DNA of 64,000 nt, taken from contig OX337230.1 in assembly GCA_946965045.2 (NCBI GenBank), positions 372,001 through 436,000 on the forward strand, in the 5' to 3' direction. Of this stretch, positions 21,998 to 30,850 are shown piece after piece (positions within the stretch are counted from its first letter, which is position 1; each line of letters opens with the position of its first letter). The notes beneath the pieces were generated by a model, which ran no database searches, was not told the origin of the DNA, and was given only the letters and a program-made list of their open reading frames with translations. This stretch comes from Epithemia pelagica. Lineage: Eukaryota; Protista; Bacillariophyta. The position numbers and the translations under genes were made by a program.

Positions 21998-24361
21998 TCA
22001 CGGAGTGGGTACACCGGCCGACGATAGGGTACAGGAAAAGAGTCCAAAAAAGGCAATGCCCAAAAAGGTTCCCATCATATCTCCGACATTGCCCGCCAAG
22101 AGACCAGGAACTTGAAGGGACTTCCACGAATTGGATTGGGCCAAGGCCACCGCCGTGGCGGGCCCCCCAATGGCGGCCGACGAGGCAATCAACAATCGGG
22201 GGACCGCCATGCTTCGTTTGTGGGGAAAGACGCGTCGGAGTGCCAACAACCAGGTGCCATGCAAAACGTACAAAATACCCAAAAAGGCTCCTAGAGGAAT
22301 CATGGACGATTTGAGCGTGGACACGGCGCGACCGCCTTGAGCTCCCAGTGTGGAAAAGAAAATGTGCAAGGCGACCGTGCCCAGCATTTGGGCCGTGGGT
22401 TGAATCGAGGCAATCCATCGATTGGCGGCGGGTAACCACCGAGGCGCTCCAAAGAACCAGGACGGAGCACTGTCCATGGTCACCACCTTGATCAACAAGA
22501 CCGACAAGAGTGTACACACGGGCAAGGCGGCACGCGCTCCTCCCACGAGTTGACTCAACCAAACCAAAATGGAAGCGGTAAACAACACATACATCATGCG
22601 GTCGACCGTCACAGAACTGTCTTGTCCTGTTACCACCGCCTCGTTTGGCTGAGTAGAGGATGACAACGACGAGTCCGAAACAACGGGTGAGGCCGTTCCA
22701 TTGGCACCCCTTTCGTTTTCCGAATGCGAATTGTGATGGTTCCGTCGTGTCATTTTTACCTTGGCAATTTTGCCATGACCATTCAGACTCTTGGTAGTTC
22801 GACCATTGACACGTCCATTCATCTTGGACGAAAGGTGGTGATGACGGGTCTTGCTTTTCAAGTTGCTGCTGGATTCTCCCCCATTCTGTTCATGTCCGCC
22901 GCCGCCATGACGATGACCCTGCAAGGGTCGAGGAGGAGGATGAATGGGAGGATGATCCATGTCGGCCACTTCGTCTTGATTCAGAATCAGGACATCTGCA
23001 ATGGGGCCCACTTCTTCGGTCGAGGTTTCCGACAGAGACGCTTTCAACGGCAATGATCGTGATAGTTTCTGGGACAAGCGCGAGTTTAGCAGTTGTGGTT
23101 CTTCCATAGTGGTTCGAAAGGTGGAAGCCTCGCCAGGTTCCAATGTGAGTTCCAGGGTTTGTGCCAGGGGTTGGTGTCGTCGTTTTTCTTCTTGTTCTTG
23201 TCGTTCTTCTTGTTGTTCTTCAATGGCCGGATCGGGTCGTCCCATGGCCAGGTAGGAAATGATTGGAAAGTAGCAAAGTCCAAAGATGTTGTCGGCACAC
23301 ATGCCGGCCGTAATGGCCATGGGGGAGGCCTGCAGAGTGGTACACACGGCAATGTAATTCAATCCTCCCCCAATGTTGCGGGCCATGAGAGCGGCGACAA
23401 TTTTGAGAGCATCGTCGGCGCCCATGGCAGCCGTCAAGGCCGGTCGCAACAACCCATAGCCCATGATGCTGGCCACCAAGGTGGCACAGGCCGCCAAGGC
23501 AAACGACGTATACATGGGTTCGCGATTCGAACTCGTGTTCTTATTGCTATTCCGACTCTTGTTCCAAGGAAATCGTCGTCGTCGTCCTGGTTCGGATGGT
23601 GAGGAAGCGCTGGTGGTTGTTGCGTGCGTGGTGTGTGGTTCGTCTTCTTCTCGGGGCCGCCGCCGAAAGTCATTGGCCACGCCGAGCAAGACGAGGGGTG
23701 TGGCGAGATAGAGGGTCAAGGCTTGGAGGGACGCGGCGGCGGGACTTCCTCCACTCGGCAAAATGCCGACGGTGGCCATGAAAAAGGTCCAAAACATGGC
23801 CCCAATGGGCGGTCCCAACAATCGGCCAATGGCCGTCGTCTTGGTCATGTATTGGGCCAAGGCCGTGTTGAAAATGAGCATCATCCAATTGCCCCAGGCA
23901 TCGTCTGGGGCAATCACACTAAAGGGTATAAGGGATTCCGAGGAGGAAGAGGAGAATAAGGAGGAACCAGAAGAAGAGAATGATGATCTCGGACGAACCC
24001 GTCTTATGGCGGAACGTGCCAAGGGCATGGGCCTTGGAGTGCCGACGATCCCATTGTGTGCTGTCTCTTGTTCTTCATGATTCCTTGTGGAAAACGACAG
24101 GCCCGAGTCGCTCGGTCTGGGTGGTCTTGAGGTACGAAATCTGGGTGGCATGGCTGGACCGCGTCGAGCGTCACGTCCCAAAACACCATGATGCGATTGC
24201 GAGGACGCACCATCCCGAATGGATGGCCGATTCCCTACCACCAAACCACCTACTCGCAAAGAAGAAGAAGAAGAATAGGCGTCCACCTTGGACAGACTGA
24301 CCACACAGAGTGTCACCATGAGAATCCACCATGGACGACCGCTTCTTGGAAGAACATTCAT
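21998..24361 (-). CDS. DUF819-family membrane protein, second paralog
   Basis: Same motif set as 16659-18491 (WGNWM, LLGPPIGAM, AALMARNIGGGLNY, SSAAIGGPATA). Signal-like N-terminus ends VDA-Y. ATG at 24361. Confidence 0.8.
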   Translation of the reverse strand: MNVLPRSGRPWWILMVTLCVVSLSKVDAYSSSSSLRVGGLVVGNRPSIRDGASSQSHHGVLGRDARRGPAMPPRFRTSRPPRPSDSGLSFSTRNHEEQETAHNGIVGTPRPMPLARSAIRRVRPRSSFSSSGSSLFSSSSSESLIPFSVIAPDDAWGNWMMLIFNTALAQYMTKTTAIGRLLGPPIGAMFWTFFMATVGILPSGGSPAAASLQALTLYLATPLVLLGVANDFRRRPREEDEPHTTHATTTSASSPSEPGRRRRFPWNKSRNSNKNTSSNREPMYTSFALAACATLVASIMGYGLLRPALTAAMGADDALKIVAALMARNIGGGLNYIAVCTTLQASPMAITAGMCADNIFGLCYFPIISYLAMGRPDPAIEEQQEERQEQEEKRRHQPLAQTLELTLEPGEASTFRTTMEEPQLLNSRLSQKLSRSLPLKASLSETSTEEVGPIADVLILNQDEVADMDHPPIHPPPRPLQGHRHGGGGHEQNGGESSSNLKSKTRHHHLSSKMNGRVNGRTTKSLNGHGKIAKVKMTRRNHHNSHSENERGANGTASPVVSDSSLSSSTQPNEAVVTGQDSSVTVDRMMYVLFTASILVWLSQLVGGARAALPVCTLLSVLLIKVVTMDSAPSWFFGAPRWLPAANRWIASIQPTAQMLGTVALHIFFSTLGAQGGRAVSTLKSSMIPLGAFLGILYVLHGTWLLALRRVFPHKRSMAVPRLLIASSAAIGGPATAVALAQSNSWKSLQVPGLLAGNVGDMMGTFLGIAFFGLFSCTLSSAGVPTP

Positions 24362-25271
24362 GGCGACAACAACTACCATGATCCTTCAATCGCGACGAAA
24401 AGTGCTCCCCCAACAGAGATGAACAAAAAACAAAACCAAGTGTCTATATATCTCTACAATGGTGTCAGGGTCTGCCAACGAATTGCAGGTAGGACAGATG
24501 AAACAATTCGAAAGCAAGAGCCGCCCCCGTGGTCCAAGGATGAGGGAGATGGGTGAGAGTTCTGTCAGAGTTTTTCGCGTTCATCATCGATCCTCATTGA
24601 ACCTACGTCCAACGCACATCTATCCACGCTAGATAGACCGCATAGGTACGTATCCACTTGGGCGACGGGTAGCAGATGGGGCCTGCTTATCTGCGACTGG
24701 AGCTCGGAACCACCCCACACGTGGCAGTTCGGCTGCCCTCGTCACTCAGTTTCGACCAATCACATCACATGGATTAATCCACCGGTGGCCACGGTTCTGT
24801 CGCATCGAACGTGTCCGTTCGCCACCTCTGTCCTCTATGTTCTGCTCTTGTCGGAGCCGGGCGCCGGGCGTACGAAACGATTTTGACCGGGCGGTGCTTC
24901 CGATTCTATCTGGCTCGTGGTGTCATCGGGCCTTCTCATTTTCTCCCGCATCCAAAATCCAACAAATTCTCTTGTAACACCCGGTAGAAGCAAGTGCTTT
25001 ACCTTGCATCTCTCTAACAATATATCGAAAGGAGAGACTGCATGGTGAGATCCATGTCGTTCCTGATTAGTTTGGTTCGTGGGTTACGAAACGTTGGTAC
25101 AGCTACAACCTATGCATATACGAGACACAAGGAAACTAGCAGTAATACTTTAAGCGACATTGTTGATAGCGATCCTTCTTTGCCCATGACACCGAATCAC
25201 AACTGTAGTTCTTTTACATACACCCTTTGAGCACATCATTCTTCTTGGAACATGGAATCGTTCTTGTCTGT

Positions 25272-25649
25272 TTACTTTTTGCCTTGCGCGGCTTCGGCCG
25301 CTTGCTGTTCCTTCTTGGCCGTGACTCGTTGCGCCACGGATCCCTTGAATCGAGGTTGTTCGGCTTGCCATTCCTTGCGACCCTGTTTCAATTCTTGAGT
25401 GCGTTGACGATCGGCGGCAGCCGCCTCCTTGCCCTGAAAGACACCAATAAAAAAGTTGCTCATGGCATCGATGGCATTCGTCACGACATTACCGGCCCCA
25501 TCGACCGGACTCTTTTGCGGCCACGTACGAGTATCCTTCTTGGTTGGTTCGGCGGCGGTCGTCGTCGTCGTCGTGGCTGCCTCGGCGGAAGCATCCGTCG
25601 TGGTACTGGTAGCGTCCGGGGTCTTGGGGATTTCTTCCGAGGTCGACAT
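25272..25649 (-). CDS. Hypothetical small protein
   Basis: 125-aa ATG-started ORF with a T/A-rich N-terminus and charged helical C-terminus. The 3' end could be spliced. Confidence 0.5.
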   Translation of the reverse strand: MSTSEEIPKTPDATSTTTDASAEAATTTTTTAAEPTKKDTRTWPQKSPVDGAGNVVTNAIDAMSNFFIGVFQGKEAAAADRQRTQELKQGRKEWQAEQPRFKGSVAQRVTAKKEQQAAEAAQGKK

Positions 25650-26527
25650 GGTGGTGGTGTGGTCAATCAGAACGGAAAGTGGATCTTTGGGGATGTGTCA
25701 ACAACAGAAAACGAGAAGCAGCAAAATCTTTTGGATTTCGCTCACAGAAATGGCACAGAAGAGGTATCTTTTTTGGGGAATAGGGAAATGAGGGACTTTT
25801 AGAGGAACATTTAGAAGGACTTTCGGATAAATAGTTTTTTACGCTACGAGAATTCTCTCTGGGCATCGTTTCTATTTGTCATGTACATTACTATAAGGAC
25901 TGGATACCAGCAATAGACAGACGTAAAGCCCCTCTTCTTGTCCAGTTAGAGCGCCAAAGGAAAAGTCCCAAAACTCTACCCCAGCTAGGCATACAAGCAC
26001 CTTCACCATGGTTTGTCAATCTAGACAAGCCCCAGTTTTTATCACAATGACTATTCCAAACAATTCATCCTAAAGATATATGCACATTGCTTGCACATGT
26101 AGAGTGGGGAACTCTGGTTTACCAATCTTATGTCCCCGTACTGCGCATCCGACTTTGAGTGTTCCTACTTTTCATAATTCAAAACTTATTTGATAAATGA
26201 GGAGGCGCTAATAGCACAACAATCAACCCGCCTCGTCTACGAGCTCGTATGCATATGAACAGCTACAAGTAGAGAGCATCTACCTAGCTTTGTACATGCT
26301 TGTATGTGTAGTAGGTTGTAGGCAATCGTTTCGTCTGCGTTCGTCGTTCATCCCATCCTGTCTTTTGCCTGCATGAATAGTTGGTTGTCGCGTTAGGGTT
26401 TTTGCATCCGGTAGGCGAGGTAAGACCATTTGGGTTGCTCTACCTATCACTGTGTTCATGACAGAGGACGGTGCTCTGTCGCTGTGCCGTCGTCGCCGAT
26501 TGTTTTGCCGTTTGGCCGAAACGAGCA

Positions 26528-26838
26528 GTTCATTGTCGCCGCATGTCGTTGTCCCTGGTTCGGTGACAGAGAGAAGTTGATTGTTGCATGTGGCTTGTTT
26601 TGGTTGTTGTTGGTGGTGGCGGTGTCTCGAAGTGCTTCTTCGTTCGGCAGCAGCGAGTAGTTGATTGTTGCGTTTGGCTTGTTGTTGTTGTTGTTGCGCC
26701 AAGTGTTTCGGTCACTTGTCGTTGGCGTTGTCATCGCTTGCCATTGTTGCCGTCGCTTATCGCAGATTTGCCCTGCTTGGTCCCATGGTGTTGAGGACGT
26801 TCTGCTCCCAATTGAATAACCCAGTTGATTGTTGTGTT
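26528..26838. repeat. Degenerate dispersed motif AGTTGATTGTTG(C/T)GTT, left part of the array split by retroelement A
   Basis: Copies at 26575, 26659 and 26823, plus a variant at 26528. Confidence 0.65.
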
Positions 26839-26883
26839 CATTCGCTCTGTCGTTGTCACGTCCGTTGTTTTGTTCGGTGGAGT

Positions 26884-27641
26884 TGATAAACTTCTCTCGA
26901 TTCAACAGGGGTTAGACAGATAGGTAGGATAGGTAAAAGGCTCGCTGAGCCGACAATCGAATCACCAACCGATACAACAATCCTCCACGGGTCAGAGAAG
27001 AGTTGCAAGTCGAAGTCCGCCGTGGGTGGGGGCAGTCGGTCCACTGATAAGAGGTTAGTCTTAAGATGAGTGTTAAAATGGTGATATTAATGATTGTGAG
27101 ACGATTACTAACTAAGGTGGTTGATGGTGCCGAAGTCCTGGCTCTTGCATACGGCCATGGATCTGGTGTGATAGGTCCTCACTGGTTGGAGTAGACCGGC
27201 ATTGGTGTATATTGAATGTATAGGGTGATGGATAACATGTATGGGATGCAACAGCTCTTGCTTTGTCGTGGTATAAGTCTTGTCCTGGGCGCGTTGCTGT
27301 TTGCATTCTTGGATTTGTGGGAACAGAGATATGGTCTCGCGTGATCGTGATTCGTGCCTTGATTACATAGACCGTTAGGTCGAATCGTGGATGCGCGTAC
27401 TCGGATAGTAGAGGCGCGCACTTGATAGTTTTGGGCGCGCACGTGTTGGGCCATAGTTAATATCCGAGCGGTCGCCGATAACGCGTGCACTGCGAGCATG
27501 CCGTGGCCAAATTTATAGTTTCGCGAGCATGCCGACATTCTTTTCTCACTTTTAGGAAAATGTCATCGGATGCCATAGAAAACTAGCATCATTCGATGAG
27601 TTGTAGGTTTCGCCACCTAGTTTTCGGTGAGAATCCTAACA
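26884..27641 (-). repeat. 3' LTR of element A
   Basis: Matches 42377-43134 at constant offset 15493. Only two mismatches were seen by eye (TTTCGCCACC vs TTTGGCAACC). Confidence 0.97.
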
Positions 27642-29364
27642 CTCCCCACAATTCGTCGAATGAGGATTGTCAATTCCCTCATCACTTTCCTGGATTTTTC
27701 CTCTCCAGAATAACAAAGATCTGAGCATGGGCCAAACTGCGGCAAATTCCCAATGTTTACTGAGGATATCAGCTGGGTTTGTCTTTCCATCTTTCCAGTA
27801 GAATGCGACGTACTTTGCAGCGATAGCTTCACGGACTCGGTGATAGGATAGGAGATGGTGCCTCTTGGAGATGATTGAGTGTGGTGTGGTGCTATTGATA
27901 ACGACAGAGCGGTTATCCCCAAACATGTAACTCTTCTCTCGCAGAGGGACTCCCAAGTATCGGAGTGTAAGGCGTAGCTCCGTGATCTGATCAACTGCAG
28001 TCCTTGCGGCAACAAATTCAGATCCATACGCGGCTGTTTCCACTGTGGCTTGTCGCTTACTGTACCAGTCCACGGGTGTACCATTTACAAAATGCAGGAT
28101 AGCTGTAACTGCTTTCCCAGTAACCGTATCATGCATGAGATTTGCGTCGACATAATGTATAGTTGTCACAAAACGCCCAAGTGGGGTTGGGCAGTCCTCA
28201 GGGATACGTTCCTTGGCGTCCATGTATACGGTACGACTCCAATCGTATTCTTGGATAGGTAAAGCTGATAAATCTGGCTCCCCAGTGCGGAATCTGATAG
28301 ACCCATCAGGAAATGACATGAGGTATCCATAGATGCGTTTAGCTCGCTTCAAATGACCAATCCTTGGAGCAGCTCTGAACCTTGATAGAGTCATGGTAGC
28401 AGGAAAGACATCAAAACGGCCAATGGTAATTAGCCATTGCAGTTGTCCAATAAGAGTCTGGAAATGCTGGGTCCCTTCTTCATCTAAGAGCTCAGAGTCA
28501 TCGAGTTCAGGATGATCGTTAGCAATGACTGGCGGCTTTGCTTTCTTGGGTTTCTCATTGAACAATCGTTCATAGGTATCCATCATTTTCTCGATGTACC
28601 TTCGTGGGTCAGACACAAGTGTACCGTCTGGATCTTTGGTATAACGACACCCCAAATGATACTCGATAGGTCCGACTCCTTTGAGTTTGAAGTTGTATTT
28701 TTCTGTAAAGATCTTGCAGACAGCTTCAGGGTCCATGGCAACGATAGCTAAGTCATCAACATATACAGCGATATATTCATAACAGTCTTCTCCAGGAGCC
28801 TTCTTCATCCAAATATCAGGGTCAGCCTTGCTTGGAGAAAATCCCATATCAATGAGAACATCAAACAGTTTGTCATGCCAGCGAGCACCTGAGGATTTGA
28901 GACCATATAATGCCTTGTAGATGATCAAGATATGTCCTTCTAACTCCTTGAACTCTGGTCCTGCAATGATGAAAATCTTCTCTCCTGTCAATGCTTCTAG
29001 GTATGCGTTCCCAATATCTGCTCCCCATATTTCCATGTCGTTCATGGTTCCAAGAAATATGGCAATGCGAAGGTTGCGAATGGAGACAACCCCTGAATAG
29101 ATGGTCTCAACGGGTTCCTTGGTGAGATGTCCATCTGCGACAAGTCGTGCCTTGTGCCTTCCGTCATGCTTGACATCAAAGACCAGATGTACTCTTATCT
29201 TATGATATCCTTCTGGTGCATTGGCCAATTTTCCATTAATGAACTTGGCTTTTCCATGGTCCTTGAAAGTGTTATACGATTGGATCTGTGAGAGTTCCAA
29301 TTCTGTTGCGTCTTGCCATTTCGTGTTCCCAAATTGCTTGTCTAGTTCCACTGCTTCTTCATAG
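27636..29364 (-). pseudogene. RT-RNase H half of element A gag-pol
   Basis: ADIGNAYL, KALYGLKSSG, YVDDL, YVDANL, YGSEF and NPADILSK motifs. Ends CGEC-stop inside the LTR. Confidence 0.95.
27642..27650 (-). promoter_or_regulatory. Polypurine tract of element A (TGTGGGGAG)
   Basis: Abuts the TG start of the 3' LTR on the minus strand. Identical to the tract in element B. Confidence 0.8.
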
Positions 29365-29369
29365 GTGCG

Positions 29370-30152
29370 TGTTAGAATTCTCACCGTCTATGGTGGCTAG
29401 ATTCTACATCTCATCGATTCCCCATGTCACATAGCCTCGTGCTATCGCATCATGCCATCTAGCTTCGAGCTATGTTTCCTAGCTTCGCGCTATATCGACC
29501 TATATTTCTTCGCAAATCATGAAAAGTGAGAATAGATTGACGAACTCACTCTCAAGACTAAACTGGGTCGTGCGGTATTACAACGGACGTAAATTTGGCC
29601 GTTGCTCGGACATTATACTAACGCCCTAAGCGTACGCGCCCGAAATCATCGAGCGCGCCCAAGCGACATCCGAGCGCTATCGGAATCTATCCGACCCAAC
29701 GGTCTAAGTATCCCAAGCACGACACACGATCACGCGAGACCATATTTCCATTCCCACAATCTCCAAATTGTCAACAAGCTGCGCGCCATGAAAACAACTA
29801 TGCCAACCCAAAGCAAGAGCTGTTGACCCTGTATATGTTATCCGCCCACATATACATGTCATATACATCACATGAATCAACTCCAACTATTCCAAACCTG
29901 TTGCCGCCAAGAACCTATGACACATGACCCTTGGCAGGACCGAACATTTCACGTAGACCTATCGTAGTAATCAACACACAATCTAACAATATCACCATTT
30001 ATCACATCTTCTTTTGTGTCCCGACTATCCTTCTGATAGACTTCGACTTGCTTGCTTCTCTGACCCTGAGAAGCTTGTATCGGTTGGTGACCTACCTGAT
30101 TGTCTGCTCTACCGAGCATCAATGCCCCTACGATTCAGAAAGAATTGTAACA
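29370..30152 (+). repeat. 5' LTR of element B
   Basis: TGTTAGAATTCTCACC...AATTGTAACA. Matches 36533-37315 at offset 7163 with one mismatch seen (AGCTTCGCGC vs AGCTTTGCGC). Confidence 0.97.
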
Positions 30153-30166
30153 GATTAACAGTCTCA
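30153..30166 (+). promoter_or_regulatory. Primer-binding site of element B (complementary to tRNA-Asn positions 27-40)
   Basis: GATTAACAGTCTCA lies directly after the 5' LTR and is identical to plus-strand 7770-7783 within the tRNA-Asn gene. Confidence 0.85.
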
Positions 30167-30188
30167 AAGCTTATTTCCTTGTGGTTTC

Positions 30189-30530
30189 ATGGATACTAAC
30201 GAGATTATCACTCCTGTACGACAGATCTATCGAGCCAACCTGCATCCCGGGCAGCCCGATACCCTGGTGCAGCAGGAACTGGTGCCGACGCCGAAGGCAG
30301 CCAACACATCGGTCAACATCTCTGTACGCCTAGATAACTACGTTGCCTACATCCACGAGGTCCATACCATCGAGGACCATCGTGCAACTATCTACCCTTT
30401 GCGTACCGAGGTCGAGAACCACCTGGCTGAAGGTGATACCCCTTCTTCTGTTGCTTGTGCTGCCCCATCTGAGCCTGGAAGCGACTCTGATCATTCGGAA
30501 GAGGGTGAGGATTCGGAGACCGAAGCCTAA
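30189..30530 (+). CDS. Extra ORF (ORF0) upstream of gag in element B, 113 aa
   Basis: ATG-started and lies between PBS and gag. Shares the RLDxYVxxxHExHxxxDxRATIYPL...NHL motif with ORF0 of element A. Confidence 0.7.
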   Translation: MDTNEIITPVRQIYRANLHPGQPDTLVQQELVPTPKAANTSVNISVRLDNYVAYIHEVHTIEDHRATIYPLRTEVENHLAEGDTPSSVACAAPSEPGSDSDHSEEGEDSETEA

Positions 30531-30850
30531 TTACTCATAGTTAACTCCCGTCCTCTCAAAACCTTTCCAAGACTTAAACTCAACGCATATCCGGGTACCA
30601 TTGGTCGCACAACACGCCACACATTCCCGTCAAATCGCGAAAATTCGGCGAAAATTTGTTGAAACTCGGCGAAAATTTGTCGAAATCAACGGAAATTTCC
30701 AGGAGTCGCACATCACAACACACATCCGGGTATCACATACGTGGTACATACGTGGCACACGTGGTACATCCGGGTTCACATCACATCACACATTAAATAA
30801 ACCACATCACACCGCACATTAAATAAACATCGAACCAACCAAATAACACC

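Noticed and set aside
26280-26905. Gln/Asn/Thr-rich short ORFs next to element A
   Set aside because: Explained by the degenerate CAACAATCAACT motif array; no continuous frame spans the insertion site.
27112-27538. Short ORFs repeated identically in both LTR copies (also 29602-30158 in B)
   Set aside because: The identity comes from LTR duplication, and there is no protein-level conservation between the A and B LTRs, unlike ORF0.
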